A stretch of DNA of 59,596 nucleotides. Origin: Candidatus Micrarchaeota archaeon (GTDB lineage Archaea; Micrarchaeota; Micrarchaeia; Micrarchaeales; CABMGC01). The position numbers were made by a program, and so were the translations under genes. Below, piece after piece: positions 35,589 through 45,753 of the stretch (its first letter is position 1; every line of letters starts with the position of its first letter). The notes below the pieces were generated by a model. That model saw nothing but the letters and a program-made list of their open reading frames with translations. It did not search any database and had not been told where the DNA came from. The stretch spans positions 44,718 to 104,313 of the forward strand of contig JAJZND010000025.1 of the NCBI GenBank assembly GCA_021848025.1, read 5' to 3'.

Positions 35589-36971
35589 ATGTCAAAGGAT
35601 AATACCAGGGCTTATTCACGTATTTTCGAAAGGGTTATCGGGGAGATAAGACCAGGGCCGGATGAGGCCGGCGCCACTGTCCAGAGCATAAACATGCTTA
35701 TGGCGAGGCTCAAGAAGATAGTGCCTCCTGATGTGGAATTGAGGGTTGCCGGCTCTGTTGCGCGCGGCACCAATCTTAAAGGCAATGCTGACATCGATAT
35801 CTTCATGCTCTTTAATCCTTCTTACAGCAGGGAGGACGTAACCAGGAAGGGGCTTTTATATGGCAAGAGGATAGTGGATAAGAGTGCTGGCGAAAGTTTT
35901 GAGGTAAAATATGCAGAGCACGCTTATACGCGCTTATACATGAAGAATATAGGGCTTAAGGCTGACCTTGTTCCTGCTTATAAGATAAGCAACGCAGAAG
36001 AATTGGCCACATCCGTAGACAGGACACCGCTGCATACAGAATTCATAAATTCGCGCATGAGCAGCAGGCAGAAGGATCATGTGAGGCTGCTCAAATTCCT
36101 TCTCAGGAATCACGGCATATACGGCGCGGAGGTAAAGGTTGGCGGCTTCTCCGGCTATCTCTGCGAGCTTCTGATTCTTCAATTCGGGGATTTTCCTGCT
36201 GTACTTAAGGCATTTTCCGAAGCGAAGCTGCCGCTTGTGCTGGAACCTGGAAGCGGGAAAATAAGCAACGACCAGTCTGTATCGAAAAAGTTCAATTCCA
36301 GATTTGTTGTAATAGATCCGGTGGACCCTGACAGGAATGTTGCTGCTGGCGTTTCAGAGGAATCTCTTGCAAGGCTTGTGCTTATAGCCAGGCAGTTCAT
36401 AGAGAATCCTGATGTGAAGCTCATATATGGAACTGGCTTCGATGCGGAGAAGGTGCGCGGATATATGGCCGACTTCCTTAACCGCACAGGCACCGAGCTT
36501 TACCTGATAGCTGCGAAGGTTCCTGACAAGAGCGAAGACGTCATCTGGCCGCAGCTGCGCAAGGTATCGGTAATGATAACCGAGTATTTAAGGCGCTTCG
36601 GAGTGGAAGTGTGGATTGCCACTTCATGGAAACAGGGAAAGACAGGGCTTATAATGTTCGTAGTGCAGAAAAAATCGGTAAAGGCAAGGATACTGAAAGG
36701 CCCGGATATATTTATGGGCAAGGCATGCGGGCAGTTCATTAAAAAGCACAGGAAGGCAGAGGGCTTTATAATAAGGGACACCGTGCTCTATGCGATAGAG
36801 AAGAATAAACCCGGAGATCATCTCTCCATATTCAGGGAGGTGGCTTCAGGCAGGCCTGTCAACAGGCATAAGGAGATAAGCCTGAAGGGTTCCAGGCTGT
36901 ATGTCAACTCAGTGCCAAAGCAGTACGCTGAGAATGCATACATCGAACTTGAAAAAGAGATAAGCATCTGA
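35589..36971 (+). CDS. cca: CCA-adding tRNA nucleotidyltransferase, archaeal class I
   Basis: VAGSVARGTNLKGNADIDIFMLF (class I nucleotidyltransferase G-S ... D-x-D), RTPLHTEFI and GFSGYLCELLILQFG. The start is set at ATG 35589, because the longer ORF would overlap the tRNA-Ala gene. Confidence 0.85.
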   Translation: MSKDNTRAYSRIFERVIGEIRPGPDEAGATVQSINMLMARLKKIVPPDVELRVAGSVARGTNLKGNADIDIFMLFNPSYSREDVTRKGLLYGKRIVDKSAGESFEVKYAEHAYTRLYMKNIGLKADLVPAYKISNAEELATSVDRTPLHTEFINSRMSSRQKDHVRLLKFLLRNHGIYGAEVKVGGFSGYLCELLILQFGDFPAVLKAFSEAKLPLVLEPGSGKISNDQSVSKKFNSRFVVIDPVDPDRNVAAGVSEESLARLVLIARQFIENPDVKLIYGTGFDAEKVRGYMADFLNRTGTELYLIAAKVPDKSEDVIWPQLRKVSVMITEYLRRFGVEVWIATSWKQGKTGLIMFVVQKKSVKARILKGPDIFMGKACGQFIKKHRKAEGFIIRDTVLYAIEKNKPGDHLSIFREVASGRPVNRHKEISLKGSRLYVNSVPKQYAENAYIELEKEISI

Positions 36972-37077
36972 TGCTTGTCCAGACATACTGCTTGCTTTCA
37001 GCAATGTTTTTATAGGACAGGATGGAAAAATAAGCAGAAGAAGCGGTGGGCGCACGTATAACAAGAAGATCGCATCC

Positions 37078-38781
37078 ATGTTCTACGAGATAGCGGACAT
37101 GCTGGAGATCGAAGATGAGAAGAGAATATTTGAGATACGCGCTTACAGGAAGGCGGCACTTTCCCTGGAAACCATGCAGGAGGATGCTGGAGAGGTCTTT
37201 AAAAAGAAGGGAATTGAGGGGCTAATGGAAATTCCAGGAGTAGGAGAAGGGCTGGCAAAGAAGATAATAGAATACATAGAGACAGGAAGGATGAAGAAAT
37301 ATGAAGAGTATAAAAGAAAGTATCCGATAGACTTTGCAGGCCTGACGCAGATACAGTCGCTTGGCGCAAAGAAAGCCTTCAGGCTTTATAAGCTGCTGGG
37401 CATACGCAATGTTGAGGACTTAAAGAAGGCTATTTCAGGGCATAAGATAATGGGGCTTGAAGGCTTCGGGCAGAAGAGCGAGGCTGAGCTGAAGAAAGGC
37501 CTTGAGCTTATAGAATCAGGCAGCGGGCGCATGCTTCTTGGCACCGCGCTGCCTGAAGCTGAGGCAATCATTGGCAGATTAAAAGGCTCGGGGCTTGCAA
37601 GCCGTGTCGAATTGGCCGGCTCATGCCGCAGGAGGCGGGAGACCGTGGGCGATCTGGACATACTTGTTACCTCTGAAGAGCCAGAAAAGGTGATGGACTT
37701 CGTTGCTAAGCTTGACGAAGTCGAGAGCGTAACACTAAAAGGGCCCACAAAGACTACTGTAAGGCTTAAAATAGGAATAAGCTGCGACATACGCGTGCTG
37801 GAAAAGAAGAGCTTCGGAGCTGGCATGCAGTATTTTATAGGCAGCAAGGACCACAACGTGAAGGTTCGGCAGATTGCAATAAAGAAAGGATACAAGCTGA
37901 ATGAATACGGCCTCTTTGACATGAAGGACAGGATAATAGCTGCAGAGGATGAGGAGACAATATATGAAAAATTGGGCATGCAGAGGCCTGAACCGGAGAT
38001 GCGGGAAAACCGCGGAGAGATAGAGCTTGCGCTAGAGCACAGGCTTCCGAGGCTAGTGCAGCTAAGTGACATTAGAGGCGACCTCCATGTGCATACATTG
38101 CACAGCGACGGAAACAATACGCTTGAAGAGATGGTCGGGGAGGCGGAGCGGCGCGGCCTTGAATATGTCGGGATAACCGACCACTCGAAGAGCGAGTATG
38201 TTGCACATGGCATGGATGAGGCAAGGTTCCAGAAGTACTCCAAAGAGATAGACGATTTTAACGGGAAGTCAGAAGGCAAAGTGATGGTCCTGAAGAGCGC
38301 AGAGACAGACATACTAAAAGATGGCTCCCTTGACTTCAGCAACAAGGCGCTGGATGAAATGGACTATGTGCTGGCAAGCGTGCACACGAGCCTGAACATG
38401 AGCAAGGAGGAGATGACGAAGAGGGTGGTAAAATGCATGGAAAGCGGCAGGGTAAATATCTTTGCGCATCCCACAGACAGGCTGATAAATGAGAGGGCTC
38501 CGATACAGCTGGATCTCGACAAGGTCTTTGAGGCTGCAAAGGAAAATAATGTGGTGATGGAGATTGATTCGTTTCCCAACAGGCTTGACCTGAACGATGA
38601 AAACATCTTCAGGGCAAGAAAGTATGGGCTGAAGTTTTCAATAGACACGGATTCGCACAGAACCGCACATATGGATCTTATGAAGTATGGGGTATGGACT
38701 GCGAAACGGGGCTGGCTTACCAAGGAAGACGTGATCAATACCCTGCCACTGGAGAAGCTGCTCAGATTTTTCAAGAAATGA
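37078..38781 (+). CDS. polX: family X DNA polymerase (PolX) with C-terminal PHP phosphoesterase domain
   Basis: HhH motifs (IPGVGEGLAKKI, GFGQKSEAEL), Pol beta-like catalytic GSCRRRRETVGDLDILV, and PHP DLHVHTLHSDG ... ITDHS ... SVHT ... FAHP ... DTDSH. Confidence 0.9.
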   Translation: MFYEIADMLEIEDEKRIFEIRAYRKAALSLETMQEDAGEVFKKKGIEGLMEIPGVGEGLAKKIIEYIETGRMKKYEEYKRKYPIDFAGLTQIQSLGAKKAFRLYKLLGIRNVEDLKKAISGHKIMGLEGFGQKSEAELKKGLELIESGSGRMLLGTALPEAEAIIGRLKGSGLASRVELAGSCRRRRETVGDLDILVTSEEPEKVMDFVAKLDEVESVTLKGPTKTTVRLKIGISCDIRVLEKKSFGAGMQYFIGSKDHNVKVRQIAIKKGYKLNEYGLFDMKDRIIAAEDEETIYEKLGMQRPEPEMRENRGEIELALEHRLPRLVQLSDIRGDLHVHTLHSDGNNTLEEMVGEAERRGLEYVGITDHSKSEYVAHGMDEARFQKYSKEIDDFNGKSEGKVMVLKSAETDILKDGSLDFSNKALDEMDYVLASVHTSLNMSKEEMTKRVVKCMESGRVNIFAHPTDRLINERAPIQLDLDKVFEAAKENNVVMEIDSFPNRLDLNDENIFRARKYGLKFSIDTDSHRTAHMDLMKYGVWTAKRGWLTKEDVINTLPLEKLLRFFKK

Positions 38782-38795
38782 TAATATTGTGTATT

Positions 38796-39371
38796 TTATA
38801 TCTCGTTGTACCTGAAGCAATCGGTTATGTGGTCGTTCACCATGCCAGTAGCTTGCATGTGGGCATAGCAGATTGTAGATCCTACGAAGCTGAAACCTCT
38901 CTTTATCAGATCCCTGCTCATTTCATCTGATTCCCGGGTCCTTGGTGGAATCTGGGAAATGTCTTTCCAGTGGTTCTTTATAGGCTTCGAGCCTGGCACA
39001 AACTGCCAGATGTACTCGTCGAAGCTGCCGAACTCTTCCTGTATGCTTATGAAGCTTTGAGCGTTCCTTATGGCTGAAGACACCTTTAGCCTGTTACGGA
39101 TTATACCACTGTCATTCAGGAGCTCGCGTATCTTCCTTTCGTCGTAGCGCGCAATCTTCTTAGGGTCAAAATTGTCAAAAGCCTTCCTGTAATTCGGCCT
39201 TCTTTTAAGGATTGTAAGCCAGCTGAGGCCTGCCTGCGCGCCTTCAAGCATTATGAATTCGAACAGCTTCCTGTCGTCATGAACCGGCACTCCCCACTCG
39301 TTGTCATGGTAGCTCAGGTAAAGGGCATTTCCTTCCAAGGAGGGCCAGTTGCAGCGCTTCTGCGCTTCCAT
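38796..39371 (-). CDS. tag: DNA-3-methyladenine glycosylase I
   Basis: RCNWP...YHDNEWGVPVHDDRKLFEFIMLEGAQAGLSWLTILKRR and VGSTICYAHMQATGMVNDH are classic Tag strings, including the zinc-snap Cys/His residues. Confidence 0.9.
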   Translation of the reverse strand: MEAQKRCNWPSLEGNALYLSYHDNEWGVPVHDDRKLFEFIMLEGAQAGLSWLTILKRRPNYRKAFDNFDPKKIARYDERKIRELLNDSGIIRNRLKVSSAIRNAQSFISIQEEFGSFDEYIWQFVPGSKPIKNHWKDISQIPPRTRESDEMSRDLIKRGFSFVGSTICYAHMQATGMVNDHITDCFRYNEI

Positions 39372-39539
39372 GCTTACGTATGTGCCTGGAAGGAATAAAT
39401 TGCTTTACTGATTGAAAATGCTTTTATTACTTCGTTGAGCTGTTATTGAATGAAAGGGTCCCGATCCGTGCTTATGCATCCGGAAAGCTTTTGGAGGACA
39501 CCAGATCGCAGCTATTAACAATGATTCTATTGTGAGGAT

Positions 39540-40004
39540 ATGACAACAAGAGTGGTAATAGGAGGCACGTTTTCAATAATACACAGGGGGCACCTGAAGC
39601 TTATCGGGAAGGCGTTCAGGCTGGGCGATAGGGTCTATATCGGCCTGACCTCAGATGCATATGTACTACGGCACAAGTTAATGCCTATTAAGGAATATAG
39701 TAAGAGAAAAAGTGAACTCTATTCGATTGCTAAAAGATTTGCTGAGAAGACTGGAGCCAGGTTTAGCATAAGCAGAATAAATGACAGATACGGGCCTTCT
39801 ACCACAGGCAACTTTGATGTGATAGTGGTCAGCCCGGAGACTTTCAGTGCGGCCAGGGAAATCAATAGGATAAGAAAGGCAAAAGGACTGAGGCAGTTAA
39901 AAATAGCCAAGGTAAGTTATGCTCTTGCATACGACAAAAAGCCGATCTCTTCTACAAGGATAGCATTTGGCGAGATAGACGAAGAAGGAAGGAAAGTTGC
40001 TTGA
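39540..40004 (+). CDS. coaD: phosphopantetheine adenylyltransferase, archaeal type (cytidylyltransferase fold)
   Basis: VVIGGTFSIIHRGHLKLI (the (H/T)xGH motif), IGLTSDAY and ISSTRI near the C-terminus. Confidence 0.75.
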   Translation: MTTRVVIGGTFSIIHRGHLKLIGKAFRLGDRVYIGLTSDAYVLRHKLMPIKEYSKRKSELYSIAKRFAEKTGARFSISRINDRYGPSTTGNFDVIVVSPETFSAAREINRIRKAKGLRQLKIAKVSYALAYDKKPISSTRIAFGEIDEEGRKVA

Positions 40005-40081
40005 ACCGTTATTTGACGAACACGTTGACGTGATTTATAGAGCATGTCCAAGCATGGTAATTTGAGAATGTACGTGAGATT

Positions 40082-40570
40082 ATGCAAATGCTCATGAATC
40101 GTGAATCCAGAGCCGCAGCTCTTAGAGAGCAGAGCCTGGTTTCACATATCGTAGCGCATACTATAGTAAGGTCAGGTTCCGGAGATTTCGTATTTACCTT
40201 GAGAAGCAGCAGCGACAGGTACTATCCTGGCAAGATGAATCAGGTTACCGAGCATTTAGAGCATGGAGAAACGCCGCTTAAAGCAGCGCTGCGCGGTCTT
40301 AGCGAGGAGCTTGGCCTCAGGATTGCTCCTGAAAGGATGGAGGGGCTGGGAAGGATAAGGATAAAGGATATGGATTATAATATAAGGATATATGCAAGCG
40401 TATTTACACTGCGGCTTGACGAAACAGAATTGAAAGAATTAAGGCCAACTGGAGAGACTGCAGGTGGCAGTGCAATAGTAATGCCGCAGGTGCTGCTTCC
40501 AGGTTTTTCTGACAGGATTAGCAAAGTAGACCAGGAAGTCCTGCGGGCTTTTGCAGGATCGCTTAGATGA
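40082..40570 (+). CDS. Nudix-family hydrolase with a degenerate Nudix box
   Basis: EHGETPLKAALRGLSEELGL approximates Ex7RExxEExGU. The leading Gly of the canonical box is replaced. Confidence 0.5.
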   Translation: MQMLMNRESRAAALREQSLVSHIVAHTIVRSGSGDFVFTLRSSSDRYYPGKMNQVTEHLEHGETPLKAALRGLSEELGLRIAPERMEGLGRIRIKDMDYNIRIYASVFTLRLDETELKELRPTGETAGGSAIVMPQVLLPGFSDRISKVDQEVLRAFAGSLR

Positions 40571-40605
40571 CAGCTTTTAATAGAATATAGTGTTATATTC
40601 AAAGC

Positions 40606-41409
40606 ATGAAAGACCTTTATCTTTTGAAGCTGGGCGGCAGCATAATAACCGATGTATCGAAAGCTCATGTTGCCAGGGAGCATGTCATCAGGAGAATATT
40701 CGGGGAGATAAGGCGTTCACTGGCAAGCAGGGATTTTAATCTTATAATAGGGCATGGAAGCGGATCCTTCGCACACATACCTGCAAAGAAGTACAGGGTC
40801 AATGAAGGCCTCAGATATAGTTACAGCATGAAAGGCGCAGCAGTTACCCATCAGACTGCAAAAGAGCTTAATCTCATAGTAAATAAAATAGCTATAGAAT
40901 CCGGCCTCAATGCCCTCCCTTTTTCTCCGCTAAATTTTGCGCTTGGGGATCGTGGGAGGATAAAAACCGGCGACATATCCCAGATCAGCGAGGCCTTGAA
41001 AAGAGGTTTCATACCGATAACGCACGGAGATGTTGTAATTGATCTGGACAGGGGCGTCTCGATAGCTTCAACCGAAGAAATATTCAGGTATCTCTCAGGC
41101 AGGCTCAGGCCTGAGAAGATACTCCTGGCTACTGACGTAGACGGGGTCTTTACACGCGAACCATCCTGCAAAGATGCAGAACTGATAAGGTTTGTCGGGA
41201 GCGGGAATATAGGGAATGTGCTTTCAGCTGCAGGAAGCTCTGCCAAAGTCGATGTGACAGGAGGCATGAAGACCAAGATAACGCTTCTCTACGAAATGTG
41301 CAGGCAATCCTCATGCGAAGGCATTATCTTTAATGGCAATGTGAAAGGAAACATCATGAAGGCGCTCTCCGGATCTGGACCTGAAAATGCCACACGGGTA
41401 AAAGTTTAG
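40606..41409 (+). CDS. ipk: isopentenyl phosphate kinase (amino-acid-kinase fold; archaeal mevalonate pathway)
   Basis: LKLGGSIITD, IIGHGSGSFAH, ITHGDVV, LATDVDGVFT and VDVTGGMKTKI match the IPK signature set. Confidence 0.8.
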   Translation: MKDLYLLKLGGSIITDVSKAHVAREHVIRRIFGEIRRSLASRDFNLIIGHGSGSFAHIPAKKYRVNEGLRYSYSMKGAAVTHQTAKELNLIVNKIAIESGLNALPFSPLNFALGDRGRIKTGDISQISEALKRGFIPITHGDVVIDLDRGVSIASTEEIFRYLSGRLRPEKILLATDVDGVFTREPSCKDAELIRFVGSGNIGNVLSAAGSSAKVDVTGGMKTKITLLYEMCRQSSCEGIIFNGNVKGNIMKALSGSGPENATRVKV

Positions 41410-41412
41410 CTA

Positions 41413-42630
41413 TCAGTTTTTGAGGTAAAGAAATGCGAAGACTTTTGCATCCTCGATCATGTCGCGTATCTTTGCATACTCGTTTGGCCTATGCGCAACA
41501 TCGTCGATAGTTGACCATACCGCTGTGGGGAAGCACGCCCTCCTGGTAAATGCCGCGCATGTTCCTCCACCTATCCCGATGTACCTCGGCTCCACTTTCC
41601 TAAGCTTCGCAATCGCGTGCGACAATAGCGCAACTATGGCAGAGTCCTTGCCTGTGGAAGGGGCGGCATCTTCCCGCACCACCTCCTCTATTTCTATCTT
41701 CACCCTGCTGAATTCAGGACCTGATGCAATCCTGCGGAGATCGGCAAGCACCTCATCCACGCTGTACTCCGGAAGTATCCTGCAGTCGAGATACGAGACG
41801 TCTATGCCTGGAATTATGTTCGTGCTGTCCACATTCTTCTCCCTCTTTGTCATCTCGAACGTGGAGACTGGAGGGGAGAAGAGGCTGTTTTCCTTAGTAT
41901 ATTTGCCGTAGAGGAAGTTATCAATTGAATAGAGAAAGCGCACCGCGTATTTATTTGCATTGGCGCCTTCTTCTGGCGTGCTTGCATGGACCTGCTTGCC
42001 ATGCACGGTTATCTTCAGCCAGAGGAGGCTCTTCTCGCCAAGCTCTATCAGGCTGCCGCTTGGATCGCCCCAGTCCGGAACAAGGAAGAGGTCGTTTTCA
42101 GAGAAGATGCCCTCGTTCATTAGCTTGGCAATGCCATACCTGCTGCCTACCTCTTCGTCGGCAACAAGGGCTATTCCGACGCCGTATTCCAGGCTTGCTG
42201 CAGACTCCTTTAAGGCTTTCAGCGCATAGATGCTTGAGACAAGCGCCTGGCCGTTGTCATTGGTGCCTCTGCCGTATATCTTTCCGGCATCGGCTTTTGC
42301 GATAAACGGATCGCTGTTCCATAATCCAGGATCGCCTTCAGATACCGTGTCCATGTGCGGAATAATCCAGATGGTCCTGCTGGTTGGCCCATACTTTACC
42401 ACAAGGTTAGGGCGGTTTGTGCCTGTATCGTCTTTGTATATGTATTCCCTTACCTGGAACCCCCATGACTCAAGAAGGGCTTTCAGAAAGCGCGCCCTGT
42501 CTGATTCCCCGTCGCCGCCGCTCTTTGGAGAAATTGCCTTTACCGAAATCATCTTGGAGAGGGTCTCCACCATTCCCTCCCTGCTCTTTTCAAGCAGATC
42601 TGCTATTATCTCAAATCCGTTTCCATCCAT
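41413..42630 (-). CDS. M20-family metallopeptidase (ArgE/DapE-like deacylase)
   Basis: IIPHMDTV, YGRGTNDNGQALVS and LVADEEVGSRYG are the metal-ligand strings of the M20 family. Confidence 0.8.
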   Translation of the reverse strand: MDGNGFEIIADLLEKSREGMVETLSKMISVKAISPKSGGDGESDRARFLKALLESWGFQVREYIYKDDTGTNRPNLVVKYGPTSRTIWIIPHMDTVSEGDPGLWNSDPFIAKADAGKIYGRGTNDNGQALVSSIYALKALKESAASLEYGVGIALVADEEVGSRYGIAKLMNEGIFSENDLFLVPDWGDPSGSLIELGEKSLLWLKITVHGKQVHASTPEEGANANKYAVRFLYSIDNFLYGKYTKENSLFSPPVSTFEMTKREKNVDSTNIIPGIDVSYLDCRILPEYSVDEVLADLRRIASGPEFSRVKIEIEEVVREDAAPSTGKDSAIVALLSHAIAKLRKVEPRYIGIGGGTCAAFTRRACFPTAVWSTIDDVAHRPNEYAKIRDMIEDAKVFAFLYLKN

Positions 42631-42674
42631 CTTATCGCTTGCAGTATAGATGAGCTTTGCTGTATCTCATTTAA

Positions 42675-44012
42675 ATGTTTTATGTATATATTACATTCAT
42701 GGAGGGCAAGATAAGTACTCTTGCAGCTACCGCTGTGGCGCTTGGAGCCATAATAGGCGCAGGTATATTTGTATTAAGCGGCACTGCGATTGCGATAGCA
42801 GGTTCGTACGCAATACTCGCTTTCGCGATAGTAGGGCTGGTAGCACTCTCGGTCGCATTGAACTTCGGCGTGCTGGGCAGGATACTGCCTACGGCAAAGG
42901 GGGCATCTTATTCTTACGTGTATGAGGCATTTGGAAGCGAACTGGGATTCCTTACCGGCATCCTGCTCTATTTCAGCTTTGCCACCGCGATATCGGTAGT
43001 GGCACTGGGCTTCGGGACCACGCTGGCAAGCATGCTCGGAACCTCCGCGAGCTTCAGCTATTATTTTGCCATACTGCTTATCTTTATACTCAGCCTGGTA
43101 AATCTGCGCGGCATAAGGAAGGCTGCAATGACTGACACCGCGCTTGTTATAATAAAAATATGCATACTGGTTGGCTTCGTTGCATTTGCCCTTTTCTTTG
43201 CATTCGGAGAGGCGCATTTTAAAGCGTCTAATTTCGCTTATACGGCCAAAGGCTCGGTAATAGCAAACATACTTGAGGCAAGCATAGCGATCTTCTTTGC
43301 TTATACCGGCTTCCAGACAGTGAGCACCTTCACCTCCAAGGTGGCCGGCGGAGCCAATGCTGCTGCAAAGGCAATCTATACGGCAGTGATAGTAAGCATC
43401 GTGCTTTACATTTCAGTGGTAATTGCGCTGATGGTCTTAGTGCCAGCATCTTCGTACAAGATAAATGCAGACCCGCTCTCATTCGCACTCGCTTCGGCCC
43501 ATGCACCGGAATGGCTCTTCCTTCTTGTCAACTTCGGCGCCCTGATTGCCACTGCGTCTGCTACTCTAGCGATGATCCTTGCATCTTCCCTCGTAATGTA
43601 CCAGATAAGCAAAGACGGGCTGCTGCCGGATATACTTAGAAAATACAATAAAAGGAATGATGTGGCTTATAGCGGAGTCATAGCCTCTGCCATAATAGGG
43701 ATCGTGATGCTCTTCGCAGGCAACGTATACGTAATTGCAGCAATTTCCAATTTTGGGCTGCTCTTCTCTTACATAATGTCACTGATAGCCATCGTTCATT
43801 TCCACAGGCGAGGAAAGACCGAGGGCATGCACCTGCCTTTCTACCCTTACCTGCAGATAATCACTATTGCTGCGCTGATGGTCTTCATGTATGGTTTGCC
43901 GCACGAAGCCTTTGTGATAAACGTCGCGATCGTGCTCTCGCTGATTGTGATCTACTACGTGCTAAGGGAAGTCGAGGACAAAAGGATCATCAGGATAAGG
44001 CTTTTTAAGTAG
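42675..44012 (+). CDS. amino acid/polyamine permease (APC superfamily)
   Basis: ALGAIIGAGIFVLSG N-terminal motif and about 12 helices. The true start may be the ATG at 42699. Confidence 0.8.
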   Translation: MFYVYITFMEGKISTLAATAVALGAIIGAGIFVLSGTAIAIAGSYAILAFAIVGLVALSVALNFGVLGRILPTAKGASYSYVYEAFGSELGFLTGILLYFSFATAISVVALGFGTTLASMLGTSASFSYYFAILLIFILSLVNLRGIRKAAMTDTALVIIKICILVGFVAFALFFAFGEAHFKASNFAYTAKGSVIANILEASIAIFFAYTGFQTVSTFTSKVAGGANAAAKAIYTAVIVSIVLYISVVIALMVLVPASSYKINADPLSFALASAHAPEWLFLLVNFGALIATASATLAMILASSLVMYQISKDGLLPDILRKYNKRNDVAYSGVIASAIIGIVMLFAGNVYVIAAISNFGLLFSYIMSLIAIVHFHRRGKTEGMHLPFYPYLQIITIAALMVFMYGLPHEAFVINVAIVLSLIVIYYVLREVEDKRIIRIRLFK

Positions 44013-44023
44013 TAGCATATAGG

Positions 44024-44809
44024 CTATTCTTCGCGCCATCTGGCCTTTTTGTACGCTATCAGAAAGAGGACTGCGATTACCGCTGCAAGCACGGCCCAAT
44101 CTGCTACGAGATTGAGCTGGCTTATGTGAATATAGCCCATCGCGCTCTGGGCGATCTCGGCTCCGTATGTTGTAGGGGAGAGGTATGCAAGGTACTGGTA
44201 AGGCAGTGGTATGTAGCTTATAGGGTAGTATACCGGAGGTATGGTGGTGAGTATGAGCGAAACTATTCCTGAGAACGCCCAGCTCTGTATCACGTCAGAA
44301 GTGAATGTTGAGAGCAGGAACCCCAGAACTGTGGAGAAAGCGAACATCACGCACATCACCAGTATTATTGCAAGCGCCTGCAAGGCGCCGGGATGCACAT
44401 AGATGGCTGCAAGTATGGTAAGGACGATTATTGCAGGCAGCGAGTAGATAATCTCTGAGATGGCCATGCCGAATACGTAGGTAGCCTCGCGTGTAGGAGA
44501 ACTTACCACCATATCCTGCAGCTTGAAGTCATTCTTGAGGTGGGAGAGATCGCCCTGAAGGCCTGTTCCGCTTGAGACCATGGCCATTATGAGTGCGCCA
44601 ACCACCCCGACGCCTATCAGCGTTCCATGACTTACAAATGTTATTACTATGAGTATCGAGAGAGGAGAGAGGAGCGTGCTTATGAACGTCACCGGATAAT
44701 TCTGCATCGCATAGACTGCATTCACAAGCACCGAAGCGAAAATCTGGCTCAGCTTGCTTCTTCCCATGCTCTCACCTCCGGCCATCCCCTTCCCCTGCTG
44801 CATCTTCAT
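44024..44809 (-). CDS. ABC-2 type transporter permease
   Basis: Six-helix membrane protein immediately downstream of a DrrA-like ATPase. The start is uncertain (in-frame ATGs at 44809, 44803, 44785 and 44767). Confidence 0.7.
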   Translation of the reverse strand: MKMQQGKGMAGGESMGRSKLSQIFASVLVNAVYAMQNYPVTFISTLLSPLSILIVITFVSHGTLIGVGVVGALIMAMVSSGTGLQGDLSHLKNDFKLQDMVVSSPTREATYVFGMAISEIIYSLPAIIVLTILAAIYVHPGALQALAIILVMCVMFAFSTVLGFLLSTFTSDVIQSWAFSGIVSLILTTIPPVYYPISYIPLPYQYLAYLSPTTYGAEIAQSAMGYIHISQLNLVADWAVLAAVIAVLFLIAYKKARWREE

Positions 44810-45701
44810 CTATCGGCTTCCTGACCAGATAATAGAAGATGTCTTCGAGCGAGACAGGATTGGTCGAAAATTTTATTTTCTTTTTTATCAGCTCCCTTGC
44901 TATCTCAAATGCATCTGACTCGCTGGTGAGTATCTGGTATGAGCCGTCGATTCCTTTTACTGTTACCCCCTTCCTCGTTTTTATGGGATTGCTGTTTTCA
45001 AGTATCCTTATGCTGTACTGATGCTCGACCTTGCTTCTGAGCTCTTCCATTGTACCCATCGCTATGAGCCTGCCTTTTTCTATCACGCCTATCTTATCGG
45101 CCAGTTTCTCGGCCTCTTCGAGATAGTGCGTGGTAAGGAAGATGAGATAATCCTTCTTCAGCTCCTTGAGCAAGTTCCACAGGTCGTTTCTGGAGATCGG
45201 ATCCAGGCCGGTAGTAGGTTCATCCAGGAAGATCACTTTTGCTTCGGAAGCCAGCACGGTAGCTACGAGCACTTTTCTCTTCGTGCCGCCTGAGAGCAGC
45301 CTGTTCAGCTTATTTGAGAATTTTTGGATACCGAGCTTTTTCAGGGCTGCGTCGGCTCTTTTTGAGGATTCGGAATAGCCCATGCCGCGGTAGAGAAGAT
45401 AGGAGATTATTGTCTGCCTTGGCGTGAGCCAGGGTATGGCCCTGGCTTCCTGCGGGACTATTGCTATCATATCCCTTACAGCCTTTGCATCCTTCACTAC
45501 ATCAATGCCCTTTATTGCAGCACTGCCCTTGGTGGGGAGCAGCTCGGTAGAAAGTATCCTTACCAGCGTGGTCTTGCCTGCTCCGTTCCTGCCTATCATT
45601 GCGAAGATGCCTTTATCAGGAAGGCTGAAACTGATATTGCTCAGCGCCCTGGTTCTTCCATCGTATGTCTTGTATATGCTTTTGCAGACTAATCCTTCCA
45701 T
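44772..45701 (-). CDS. ABC transporter ATP-binding protein (DrrA/ABC-2 exporter type)
   Basis: Walker A GRNGAGKTT, signature LSGGTKRKV, Walker B IFLDEPTTGLD. Confidence 0.9.
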   Translation of the reverse strand: MEGLVCKSIYKTYDGRTRALSNISFSLPDKGIFAMIGRNGAGKTTLVRILSTELLPTKGSAAIKGIDVVKDAKAVRDMIAIVPQEARAIPWLTPRQTIISYLLYRGMGYSESSKRADAALKKLGIQKFSNKLNRLLSGGTKRKVLVATVLASEAKVIFLDEPTTGLDPISRNDLWNLLKELKKDYLIFLTTHYLEEAEKLADKIGVIEKGRLIAMGTMEELRSKVEHQYSIRILENSNPIKTRKGVTVKGIDGSYQILTSESDAFEIARELIKKKIKFSTNPVSLEDIFYYLVRKPIDEDAAGEGDGRR

Positions 45702-45753
45702 TCTATTACTAATTGCAAAATAGTTTTTATAAATCAGACCTGCCCTTTGCAGG

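Noticed and set aside
37386-38345. 319-aa ORF on the minus strand inside the PolX gene
   Set aside because: It is entirely antisense to a gene with a full PolX/PHP motif set. Its translation is Ser/Leu/Pro-rich low complexity with no motif. It is a typical shadow ORF of a purine-rich coding strand.
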